Source of the DNA: Pirellula sp.
GTDB taxonomy: Bacteria > Planctomycetota > Planctomycetia > Pirellulales > Pirellulaceae
NCBI GenBank assembly: GCA_021299695.1
Contig: JAJTEK010000003.1
Location: forward strand, 2,409 to 66,408
Reading direction: 5' to 3'
DNA length: 64,000 nt
Below the pieces are notes generated by a model. The model made no database searches, had not been told where the DNA came from, and saw only the letters and a program-made list of their open reading frames with translations. Shown here piece by piece: positions 1 through 9,900 of this stretch. The position numbers and the translations under genes are program-made. Position 1 is the first letter of the stretch; each line of letters starts with the position of its first letter.

Positions 1-1
1 G

Positions 2-700
2 CATTCCATGCGCGCTAAAGGGAAGAAAAGCGGATGGAGGGTCGCAGGAATCTAGTCCATCGCTTTGGATATTGGGCAAACAATCGTAAAACAGCGGTTC
101 GGGTCCGAGCGTGTCTTGGGAAGTTGGGTTGGAATTTTTTTGTAGTTCGGCTACCAATCGATCCTTGGCAACCTGAATGCTCGAAGGTGCATGGACTCTC
201 GAAAGAACGACCAGCCCAGTGCCGTAGGGTTCGTCTCGATTAGACGGTCGTTGAGGCGAGAGGACTCGAAGAAGTCCTTGAAATGCATCATTGTCGAACG
301 CTTCGCCAGCGAAATAAATGCGTGGTTTGCTTCCCCGTTCCCCACGGGTCAATTCGTTCCAAAGAGGGTCGCAGCAAGCTTCAAGAAACGCACTGATGAT
401 CCGATGGTTAGTTGCCGAAGCGACAAATACCACGCGATCGCATTGGTTTTGAAAACGATTAGCCCAAGTGAAAACCTCACCGAGTCGGCTCAAGGTGCGC
501 AATTCGGAGTACTCACGAAGCAGTTGCTCCGGCAGGTTCACGCACCGAGCAAGCGGTGTAGCAAGCTCGGCCGACTCCAGGGCCATTACCCGCAATACTT
601 CAAGTTGCTCGATCCGCTGGGTGTACGTCGCCTCGGAACTCTCTATTCCCGGCGAGGCTTCCAACGCGATCGGCACGAGCTTATTCCTACGCAACTTCAT
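2..700 (-). CDS. Glucose-6-phosphate isomerase-like protein, degenerate paralogue (5' part only; runs off the left edge)
   Basis: Hand-translated from ATG at 700 (AAAAGGAG 6 nt upstream); open to the window edge. Contains LPEQLLREY...ANRF..DRVVFV...EACCDPLWNELTRGERGSKPRIYFAGEAFDNDAFQGLL, matching the planctomycete PGI pattern ACCxPxxNELxRxxRGxKPRxYFEGNNVDND. Not in the ORF track because there is no stop in the window. Confidence 0.8.
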   Translation of the reverse strand, partial: MKLRRNKLVPIALEASPGIESSEATYTQRIEQLEVLRVMALESAELATPLARCVNLPEQLLREYSELRTLSRLGEVFTWANRFQNQCDRVVFVASATNHRIISAFLEACCDPLWNELTRGERGSKPRIYFAGEAFDNDAFQGLLRVLSPQRPSNRDEPYGTGLVVLSRVHAPSSIQVAKDRLVAELQKNSNPTSQDTLGPEPLFYDCLPNIQSDGLDSCDPPSAFLPFSAHGM

Positions 701-705
701 CGAAG

Positions 706-729
706 ACTCCTTTTGCTAGCAAAAGGAGT
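706..729. promoter_or_regulatory. Perfect 24-bp palindrome overlapping the Shine-Dalgarno of the PGI-like gene
   Basis: ACTCCTTTTGCTAGCAAAAGGAGT is its own reverse complement. On the minus-strand mRNA the AAAAGGAG arm lies 6 nt before ATG 700. Function is inferred. Confidence 0.6.
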
Positions 730-909
730 TGTTTGGAATTGGTGGAAGTAGATCACGTTTTTTGTGGAAAACAGGCGATGAAAGTATGGGTGTTCGAAAA
801 CCAACCTAGACATCTGTCGACGGCGGATTCTAGGATCTCGATTTTAGCATCTGCGGAATCGAAACGGTAGCGAGCCGAGTTGCTACGATCGTCAATCCTT
901 GACTGACCT

Positions 910-1551
910 ATGATGAACCTTGATATACAACAAGCTTGGTGTCGGCATTGGGTTCGGGAACGCTTGGATATCAAGCCAAGTGGATCGCTTGTCCTTTTGA
1001 TCGTCGACGCTAAAAGTGACGGAACGGGCCTGACAAGAAAGCACCGCCAGGCGGTTGGCAAACTCACGACTGAGCTTCGGTGGCATTTCAGCCATCCGGT
1101 TTTTGTGCTTCTTTCGATCGTAGATGGTCCTTTAAAAAATGATTCGATGAGTGGGATCGTCGACGAGCACATTCACCTCGAGAACTCGACGGATCTTTGC
1201 GGTTGGGTCGGTGCTGCAAATTCACTACTCCTGCTTTCCAGTCAAGCCTTGTCCGAACAAGCAGGACCTATTTTGGATACCTTGTCGGAGATTGCCATGG
1301 CCTTGAGAAAGCCTTGCAACCGTGTTTGTCTTGATGGCCCATCCGACTCGGTTGCGTGTTTGGATTGGGAACGCTTACATCAAGCTCCTACTGAGTCTCG
1401 GCTCTCTGACCCAAGGAAAGCTAGCATCGATTTCGTATCGGCGACCCGAATGCTTGAGGAGTCGCTCAACGCTGGAAAGATGCATTCGGAGACGGGTGAG
1501 GTGACGGTTATGGAGTCGGGGCGTCGGCACGGTTTTCGCCAAGCGGGTTGA
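910..1551 (+). CDS. Hypothetical protein (213 aa)
   Basis: Longest ORF in the gap between the PGI-like gene and DUF1571. Globular alpha/beta-like composition; no motif recognised. Confidence 0.45.
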   Translation: MMNLDIQQAWCRHWVRERLDIKPSGSLVLLIVDAKSDGTGLTRKHRQAVGKLTTELRWHFSHPVFVLLSIVDGPLKNDSMSGIVDEHIHLENSTDLCGWVGAANSLLLLSSQALSEQAGPILDTLSEIAMALRKPCNRVCLDGPSDSVACLDWERLHQAPTESRLSDPRKASIDFVSATRMLEESLNAGKMHSETGEVTVMESGRRHGFRQAG

Positions 1552-1713
1552 GCGGCAAGCAGGTGGAGTGTTCGGGTTATACCGACGGATCCCCTTTTTC
1601 TGGCGATTTGACTCCGCGGAGTTCGATGACCTGAGAGGATGCGTAAAGATCCAATCAACGAGCATTAAACGGTGGTTTTCAACACCGACTGGACGTGAGG
1701 GAGTACGATTTTG

Positions 1714-2604
1714 ATGAGTTTGCCTAAAGTCAACATCTGGAAGTCAACTGTTTTTGGTGCCGCGTTTTTAGCAAGCCCTGGGTGGCTTTTGGCGCAGACG
1801 GCCACGACTTCGGAACCCGTCGCACGGGTTTCGAAAAACCAGCCGATCAAGGTTCCAGCGAGTCCGACCTCTTCTGCCCCTCATCCTTTGGATCCTGCGT
1901 TGGAACTGGCTCGTCAGAGCCTATCGCTGATGCAAACGCAAGTGAACGATTACACGGCGGTGTTGATCAAAAGGGAGCGTATTGCCGACGATCTTGGCGA
2001 CAATGAATTCATGTTCATCAAGGTTCGAAATCGCAAGACCGAGGGGGATAAGATCGTAGTTCCTTTTTCGGTCTACCTCGCGTTCCTCAAGCCTGCGGCC
2101 GTCAAGGGCCGCGAGGTGATCTTTGTCGAGAATGCGAACGACGGTAAGCTCATCGCGCACGAGGGAGGCATGAAGCGGGTTCTTGGAACTCACCGTCTTG
2201 AACCAGACGGGTACCTTGCGATGGCTGGCCAGAAATATCCGCTGACGGATATCGGTCTAGAGAATCTCTTGCTCAAGCTGATCGAAAAAGGGGAGCGAGA
2301 CCGCCAGCATGGACCTTGCAGCGTGAAGCTTGAGGGTGGCGCGAAGGTCGGAGGCCGTGAGTGCTCGATTCTCGAAGTGACCCATGCGGAAAAGAAGCCG
2401 CATTACGAGTTCCATAAGGCTCAGATTTTTATGGACAACGAATGGAAGATTCCGGTGCGGTACGCGGCCTTCAATTGGCCTACATCGCATGACAGCGAAC
2501 CTGAGGTCATCGAGGAATACACTTACCAGAACATCAAAATCAACGTTGGGCTGACCGATAAGGATTTTGATTTCGCCAACGCCGACTACAATTTCCACAA
2601 GTAG
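1714..2604 (+). CDS. DUF1571 domain-containing exported protein
   Basis: Signal peptide; YTAVLIKRERI, PFSVYLAF, GREVIFVENANDGKLIAHEGG, KYPLTDIGLENL are typical of DUF1571. GAGGGAG RBS upstream. Confidence 0.8.
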   Translation: MSLPKVNIWKSTVFGAAFLASPGWLLAQTATTSEPVARVSKNQPIKVPASPTSSAPHPLDPALELARQSLSLMQTQVNDYTAVLIKRERIADDLGDNEFMFIKVRNRKTEGDKIVVPFSVYLAFLKPAAVKGREVIFVENANDGKLIAHEGGMKRVLGTHRLEPDGYLAMAGQKYPLTDIGLENLLLKLIEKGERDRQHGPCSVKLEGGAKVGGRECSILEVTHAEKKPHYEFHKAQIFMDNEWKIPVRYAAFNWPTSHDSEPEVIEEYTYQNIKINVGLTDKDFDFANADYNFHK

Positions 2605-2643
2605 TCGCAAAGGCTGCTTATCGCAATCAAGGGACTTCGATAG

Positions 2644-5600
2644 CTATTTTTCCAACAGGCTATCGAGTGTGAATGGTCGGAATTTGGTTGCTTTTCCGTC
2701 TGCGTCATCGTGAACAAGCATGACGTTTCGATCCAGACGGTTGGCTTGATTGCTGTCGATCAACTGGTTTGAATCATTGGCCGACATTTGCCCTAGGACG
2801 CGGATTTCGATGTCTCGGATCGAACCGCGCGAGAGCCAACGCGAAAGAGTGGCTGCTGAATCCGACCAGATACACAGGTGGATTCCGACGCTAGGTCCGT
2901 CGGATAGGAGTTTGTTTAGCACCGCATCGGGCTTGCTGGCTCCCTCTGGATCACCACTGAAGGAATAGTCTTCCTCGCGCCTAAGTTCTCGAAACCTTGC
3001 TAAGTTTAGAACGAAAACAACAAGCGACCCGTGACGCTGAAGTGGATCGGCCGTGCGTCTTTGGTATTCGACTTCGAGTTTCCTGAAAACCTCTTCGATG
3101 TCCCGATTCGCGTGGACTTGGCAAGCGGGGTGTCGGCCTAGACCGGCGAGGAGTTTCTGGATTGCGAGGTCCTCGCTACGGCTACCATCGAGAATCCAAA
3201 ATTCGGTTTTTGGGATGGTCGTATCTGGCGCTACCGGTTCACGTACAAGCGGGGCACTTGGGTTGTTGGATTTGATCCAACTTGCCACAAGCGACGCGAC
3301 AAGATCGTCATGACTCGTAACGATCATCGCATTGCGTCCAGGAGCCTGTTCCAGGGTCCGAATTACGGCCGGTTCGATCGAAACGCTATCACCGAGCGTC
3401 CAGCGATTGGTGATGGAAGGTGGAATTGCCTCAAGGGCATTGTGTATCGACTGCGGATCCCAGACGGCCAGTTTATGCCCTTCGAATACCACGCGTCTTC
3501 CGATTGAGTTGGTGGTAGGCGAATGCGGAATGGCCTCCGCAGGGAGCTTGCTGAGCCTTTCGAGCTGCTCTTGTTTTGAAAGGTAAGCGACTTGGAAGTT
3601 TTGATTAGCTTCGAGCCGTCCGCCCGCGTCGTTGTAGATTCCTTGTCCGGAGTGTCTCAAGCGTTCTGCTGCGGTATTGTCTTCGTTGAGAATCAGCATC
3701 GCATCGGCGCTATCGCATTGCAAGGCGATTCGTACTGCCATTTGAGCAAGGGTAGTTCTCGGCAATGAGTAGGCACCACCGAGCGTTTGGGAGGCGAGTA
3801 CAAGGTGAATGCCGAAGGATCGACCTTGGCGAACTATACGATCCATCAGCATGGAGGCTTGCTGAGAAATTTTGTCGTCTTCGACGAAAAGCTCTTGGAA
3901 TTCGTCGATCACGACCAGGATACGAGGCAATTGCATTTGTGGAAGTTTTCGTTTGAGGCTAGGCAGATCCTGGACACCCCATTGTCGAAACGCTTCACCA
4001 CGCGCGCTTAGGATTCGATCGATGTATTCGAGGGTACTTAGTCCAAATTCGCGACGGCTTTCGATGCCGATGATATCGGTATGCGAGAGTTGCAGCTCGG
4101 CATAGACTTGAAACTCAACTCCTTTTTTGAAATCTAAGAGAACCAGTCGGAGTTCCTGCGGCGAATATTCAAGGGCGGCACTGCTGATCATGGTATGAAG
4201 CAAAGAGGACTTACCAGAACCGGTTTTTCCAGCGATCAAAACGTGTTGGGAGGTGCCTTCTCCTAGCACCAAGGACTCGACGCGTCCGGAGTCGCAAATG
4301 CCGATGGGGATCTCGAGACCGTCGGCTGAGCATCGTTTTTGCAGTTCGCTCGAATCCGAGGCGATCGTTGAGAATGGAACGATCCGTTTTCCGATGCTCG
4401 AGGCTTCCACAACGTGTTTTTGCATAATCGAAGCGACGGTCGACTCGTCCGGTGGAGGTTCGAGTTGAACGGGGAAATCGCTGAGTTCAGGGACATCGAT
4501 TCGCATGGAATATCCGCTCGAATCGGATCGAGTGATTTTTCCAAGCAGAGCAAATTCGGCCAATTTATTTGGGTCGGCAAACGTAGGGCACTGGATTGAG
4601 CTAGGCCAATCGATCAGTATCCCAACGCCGCAACGACTCCCTGAGGAAAGAATGGAACAGAGCGACTGCCATGAAGAGTCATCGAGTCCGAATGGAAAAC
4701 CCGACCAAACGATGATCCTGTAAGGGATCGCCATGGGTCCAGCTTTCTGGTTGTACTCGTAAAGATTTCGGAATTCGTTTCGCAGACTCTGCTGAATGAC
4801 ATCCTCGATGTGTCGAGTGATCAGGGCCAATTGGTTGGCGATGTGGATCGGTTGAGTCCACACGCGGTGGTTTACAAGTTCCGGATCGACATCGGCCAAG
4901 TGCATCAACCAGCTATATTTTTTCCCTAGCCCCTCAGGGTCGATAACGGTCACTTGCAAGTCCCCCGCCGGGATCGCAGTGATCGCACGCAGCAGAGCGT
5001 TTCGCATGACCAGATGGGCTTGCTCACGGCACTCAGGGTCCTCAGTCCTGAGAATCAACCCCCCGTTACCGATCAGGTCGTAGGTCCACGGCATCGGCCC
5101 GATCGCTTCGAGTTTATCAGCTAGATTTCGAAGCTGCTTGAATTCGTTGATTCGGTTATGGGCTGGATGGTCCGGCGGGAGGCTTTGATAAGGTTGAAAT
5201 TTGCCCAGCGGGATAGCCAGCGAAGCCTCGTCGCGCTGCCAGTTCTCGCTGGTAAATACTGGGCTGTCCCATGCTGGGAATCGTCGATCAAGTTCCCTGT
5301 TGGTCGCTTCGAGGTAGTCTTGGACTTGCTCGATCCCCTCGTTCCAACGTTTGGTCAGCGACTCTTGGGACGCTTGAAAGGTGGACCTGAGTTTATCGAG
5401 CGACGATTGCGAATCCCTTTGGAAATCTCGACTGGTTTGCATCTGCTTGCTTTCTAGCGATCCGCGTAGGGATGGGAAAGACTGATTCAAACGCTCCAAT
5501 TCAGCGATCCGCTCTTGGCTGAACCTTTGTTTGTCTTTGGCGGTCGATTCGAGGGTGGCTGCTTTGGTGGTTTGGTAGTCGGACTCCACCTGTGCCATCA

Positions 5601-6678
5601 GCTCGTTGTGGCGTTCTTGGGCATCGGCCAAATTCTTTCGGTGGGCTTCCTCGATTCGGGTCAAATCCCTCTTGAGGGTTGCTTCAGCAATCGCGCGACC
5701 GCGTTGTAGCAGTCCCACAAGCTCATGTTCCTCTTCAAAAATCGCTTGAACCGTCGAGCGCATCGAGCGTCCAACCCAGGGGAGGGCCGCCATGTACAGT
5801 AGAACGGGAAAAAGAATCGCGCTTAGCAATCCCGCTACGGCCAAGATCACTGGGTTGGATTTGAGCCAGTAGGCCACAGCAAAGGCGACTCCTCCGGCCA
5901 GGACACCGAGTAGTACCAACGTTGGAGCACTCATTAAATGAGCTGCTTTGCTCGACTCCAGAAGGGCTTTCCTCTCGAGGAATTTCCCCTTGAGCGCTTC
6001 GTATTCTTTCGCCATAGCGCTGAGCGATTCGATCGAGCTAGCCGATCTGGGGGGGATGCTGCTGTTTTGTAAGGATTGGGTCGATGGCGTTCCACCAGTT
6101 TTCAAAGCGACCCATTCGCGAATTTCTGTGCTCAGTTCCTCCAGAGAGGCTTGCTCGGTTTGCAGTTTGGAAAAGGCTTGATCGCGCGTTTGACGTGCCG
6201 ATGCGCGGGCTTTTTCTAGTTCAGATTCGAGGCGAGCTCGCGTATTGGCATGATCGTTCTCCTGTTTGTTTTGCGAATCTTTTCGCTTGGCCTTGAGCGT
6301 CTTGAGTGTTTGCCTTTCCCATTGAGTTTTTTCGAGCGTACCGAGTTCGGCTTTGCCAACGACGCGATCGAGTTGCTCGTCCCACTCGGTCAGAAGATCG
6401 TGGATCTGACGTCTGTGTTCCGAGGCGATCTGGGAGGCCCTTTGCCGAAATTCCTCTTGGAACGCTTGGGTCTTCTCCGAAAGCACGACCGAATCGACTG
6501 CAAAGGAATCGGATAGCTTGCGCCAGCGGGTTGCCAATCCGCGAAGCAGTCGGACTTGTGTCTCGAGCAAGTCTCGCCCCTGAGCGGCGCCCAATCGCGT
6601 TGGTCGGGTGGTTCGTCGAGTCGATGGTTCAGAGGAGTCGCTGATTTGATTTTGCGAAGCAGAGGAGTTGGTTTGCAT
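2644..6678 (-). CDS. FtsK/SpoIIIE-domain ATPase (EccC/EssC-like architecture)
   Basis: Coiled-coil N-terminus, 2 TM helices, Walker A GKTGSGKS, LDFKKGVEF, Walker B VVIDEFQ, QGRSFGIHLVLASQ; flanked by degenerate ATPase-like modules. Start moved to ATG 6678 (MQTNSS); the ORF track starts at 6879. Confidence 0.85.
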   Translation of the reverse strand: MQTNSSASQNQISDSSEPSTRRTTRPTRLGAAQGRDLLETQVRLLRGLATRWRKLSDSFAVDSVVLSEKTQAFQEEFRQRASQIASEHRRQIHDLLTEWDEQLDRVVGKAELGTLEKTQWERQTLKTLKAKRKDSQNKQENDHANTRARLESELEKARASARQTRDQAFSKLQTEQASLEELSTEIREWVALKTGGTPSTQSLQNSSIPPRSASSIESLSAMAKEYEALKGKFLERKALLESSKAAHLMSAPTLVLLGVLAGGVAFAVAYWLKSNPVILAVAGLLSAILFPVLLYMAALPWVGRSMRSTVQAIFEEEHELVGLLQRGRAIAEATLKRDLTRIEEAHRKNLADAQERHNELMAQVESDYQTTKAATLESTAKDKQRFSQERIAELERLNQSFPSLRGSLESKQMQTSRDFQRDSQSSLDKLRSTFQASQESLTKRWNEGIEQVQDYLEATNRELDRRFPAWDSPVFTSENWQRDEASLAIPLGKFQPYQSLPPDHPAHNRINEFKQLRNLADKLEAIGPMPWTYDLIGNGGLILRTEDPECREQAHLVMRNALLRAITAIPAGDLQVTVIDPEGLGKKYSWLMHLADVDPELVNHRVWTQPIHIANQLALITRHIEDVIQQSLRNEFRNLYEYNQKAGPMAIPYRIIVWSGFPFGLDDSSWQSLCSILSSGSRCGVGILIDWPSSIQCPTFADPNKLAEFALLGKITRSDSSGYSMRIDVPELSDFPVQLEPPPDESTVASIMQKHVVEASSIGKRIVPFSTIASDSSELQKRCSADGLEIPIGICDSGRVESLVLGEGTSQHVLIAGKTGSGKSSLLHTMISSAALEYSPQELRLVLLDFKKGVEFQVYAELQLSHTDIIGIESRREFGLSTLEYIDRILSARGEAFRQWGVQDLPSLKRKLPQMQLPRILVVIDEFQELFVEDDKISQQASMLMDRIVRQGRSFGIHLVLASQTLGGAYSLPRTTLAQMAVRIALQCDSADAMLILNEDNTAAERLRHSGQGIYNDAGGRLEANQNFQVAYLSKQEQLERLSKLPAEAIPHSPTTNSIGRRVVFEGHKLAVWDPQSIHNALEAIPPSITNRWTLGDSVSIEPAVIRTLEQAPGRNAMIVTSHDDLVASLVASWIKSNNPSAPLVREPVAPDTTIPKTEFWILDGSRSEDLAIQKLLAGLGRHPACQVHANRDIEEVFRKLEVEYQRRTADPLQRHGSLVVFVLNLARFRELRREEDYSFSGDPEGASKPDAVLNKLLSDGPSVGIHLCIWSDSAATLSRWLSRGSIRDIEIRVLGQMSANDSNQLIDSNQANRLDRNVMLVHDDADGKATKFRPFTLDSLLEK

Positions 6679-6951
6679 GATTCGATCGGGGATTTCGTTG
6701 GGATGAACGAAGCAATTATGGTGTATTTTGGAGTACGAGGGGGTATTCGAGCCAACGCCAACGTAACGAATTGTATCGAACCAAGGTTTTCCAGAGCGTC
6801 TGTGAATGCAAATTCCAGTTTTTGATGTCTTGCGCTTGAAGTTAACCTGGGTTTGAGTACAAGAGAGACTATCGCTCAATTTATTTTAGCCGATTTACGG
6901 ATTCAACTTCGTAAGCACAACAATGTCGAAGGCCTTCTCGGGTACCTGCAC

Positions 6952-9900
6952 ATGAGCATCAATCGACGTCGGTTTATTGGGGCGACGACAGCCAGCGCCG
7001 CGGCCCTTGGAATCAACATAACTGAAACCGGCAGTGCGCGGACCCAGGACCCTTACGAACCGGCCGACAAGGGGCGGATCGCAAAACTGTTCAACAAAGG
7101 GGAGCAGCATGTGCTTCCTGGGTGGGCGTTCCGACCCTCGAAAGGCTCACCACTTCGGATCATACCGCACACGATACGCCCCTCGCGGACCGATACTTGG
7201 GAGAACCTAAGTGGCGGTGTTTCCCATCAGTCGACGGTCGCTCCGTTTTCTCAAGTCGGCAACGACCAAGTTCCGATCGGGAAGGTGATGCATGGTGTGG
7301 CAGTAGAATGGAATGGAAACCTAATCGGTGGCAACCTCAAGTTCGATCACGACAATAAAGCATGGTCCCCGGCGAGTTCCTCTTGGGAAGCCATGCGAGA
7401 ACGTGTCCGACCCGAAACAACCGATGAGTATGGCATTGGAGACCTTGGGAATTGGGGTAAGTTCGGGGTCGGTCCTGAGAATGCGGAGCCATCTGATGCC
7501 AAGGACAGTTTGGTCCGATGCTATAAAGTCGAGATGTTCGAAAAGATGCTGCCAGTGGTACCTAGTTTTCCCCCGACGCTTTTCTACACCTACCAAGGGA
7601 TGGTTCCTGGCCCTACCTTCCGCTTTCGCCACGGAATGCCTGCTGTGGTCCGATTCCAAAATCACTTGCAGACGGAGGTTGCAATCCATCACCATGGTGG
7701 GCACAATCCGACTCACTCCGATGGTTTCCCTAGCTTTTATGTTTTGCAGGGCGAGTCGCGGGACTACCTCTATCCGAACATTCTGCCCCTTCGGATCAAC
7801 AAAGAGGGATTGAGCGAGTTAGATTTTGGCGAAGGCCAATCGACGACTTGGTACCACGACCATGGACTCGATGCGACCGCATTTAATGTCATGCGAGGAC
7901 TCTCGGGTTTTGCACTTTGGTTCGACGAGATCGAGTTGAAGCTGATTCGCCAGGGTGTGCTACCGGGACTCGGGGCGATCTCCTCCTACGACCCGGATTT
8001 GGAGCGTGAGGCTCGACTTCTCGGGGCGGCTTGGAAAACCTTCAAGGAAGCAAATCCTAAGAGTTACTGGTCCAAACGCCATCAATTGGCCAAGAAGAAC
8101 CTGCCGGATTCCGAGGAGAAACCAGGCGTCGAATTTGATCGTTTCTATCGCGAGGTCGAAACCCCGTATTTCAACCCCTACGATTTGCCATTGGTCCTGC
8201 AGGATCGAGTGATAGATCCACTGACCGGACAAATCCTCTATGACAGCGATGGGCACAACGGATACATCGGGAACACGCAACTGATCAACGGGGTTCCTTG
8301 GCCTGAAATTCAAGTCAAGAGCCGCAAATACCGCTTGCGTTTGCTCGACGGATCCAACGCACGGATCTATCGTCTCCGATTCCTGGACAAAGATACCTTG
8401 GGCTTGCATCCGACGGGAAGGCCTGATGGGTCGGTCGAACCGAATCGCATTCCCGAGGACCGGCTTGAGGGAAGCTCGATGGACTTCCTGAGGATTGGTA
8501 AAGACAGTTGGCTTTGGCCGACGCCGCAGAAGCGCAAGTCGCTCCTGTTGAATATGGCCAATCGAGCCGACATCATCGTCGATTTCAAAGCATGGTTTGA
8601 TGCAGCAGAGCGAGCTGGCCGTCTCAATGCAGATGGTCATGCCGAGTACTACATGGTCAACACCATGCCTCAATTCGACGGTCGAGGCCCTAAAGGCAAA
8701 CTGGCCGAGGACGCAGGTGACCCGAATGTGTTTCCACTGCCATTCGAGCTCGATGATCAAAACCCGGTGGTTCAGCAAATGATTGCAACTGGGCAGATTC
8801 CACCGGCCCTCTTTGGCGAGGGACCTTTGGCCCGCATGCGAGAACTCGATCAGCCCATTGCACTGGTAAAATTCGTGATTACCCGTGATATGGGCGAAGG
8901 TCCCGATGCGACGATCGATGAGAATACTATATTGCGACCAAGGCACGCGATTCTCGATGAAGACGTTATGGCCGTGCGCGAGTTTATCTTCGAACGCGGC
9001 AAAGGAGCTTGGATGGTCAACAGCCGCTTCTATGACCCGACGATCAGCAATGCCAGCACCATAATCGGCATCAAAGGTCAGAATTTCGAGGTACCCTCTG
9101 GCCAACCCAATACCCCCCCGACGCTTAAGCCTTCTTTGAGTTACGCGGAAGAGTGGATTTTCCGAAACGGCGGAGGCGGCTGGTGGCATCCGATCCACGT
9201 CCACCTAGAGGGGCACCAACTCGTCGGTTATGAAAAAGACTTCGAAGCCGATGGGCTCGTCGGTGCCGATGGACTCCTGGGGGCCCAAGGACAAGGGCAA
9301 ATGACCGGCTTACCCGATTGGGAGCAACTCGTTAGTACCTATGGTTTGGACCCCTTGATACTCGGCAAGCCGAAGATCGATCCGACCCTGATCGATCTTC
9401 GCGATACATTGATCGGAAAACGGCATCTTTCGCAATTGATCGCAAGTCAAAAGGAGTTGCGAACCTGGTTGCCATCGGCGGGTATTCCATTGACTCCATC
9501 ACAAGCGAAAACTCTTGGAGAGGATTGGAGCCCACAAAGTTACCGAATGGTCCTTGAGTGGTTCGACAGTTTCCCCCCGGTCGATCAGAATCGAATTGGC
9601 CGATGGTCGTTGGAGCAGTTTTACCGTGAGGAAATGGACAAAGAGCCCAAATTCCGGATTCTGCTCGATCGGCCAAGTTCCGGTGCAGCTTTGTTTGAAA
9701 CGATACTCGGTAAATTTGGCAATCGGCTTCTGGGGGTTCCTGCGACGGTGCGAGCGATCGTCGATGGGCTACGCAAACTCCGATTGCAATGGGCAGGCGA
9801 TGCGGTCGGAAATCACGACACCCAGGCGCTTGGTCCCAATACGGTCGCGAGGGTTCGAATGCGGTTTCGAACCTGGAGTGGTCCTCTGGTTTTCCATTGC

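Noticed and set aside
191-751. 186-aa plus-strand ORF
   Set aside because: Antisense shadow of the PGI-like gene, which has recognisable homology and an RBS.
753-1172. 139-aa minus-strand ORF
   Set aside because: Ser/Arg/Cys-rich, overlaps the more protein-like 910..1551 ORF, no motif.
7960-9204. 414-aa minus-strand ORF
   Set aside because: Entirely antisense to the multicopper oxidase; a typical shadow frame in GC-rich coding DNA.
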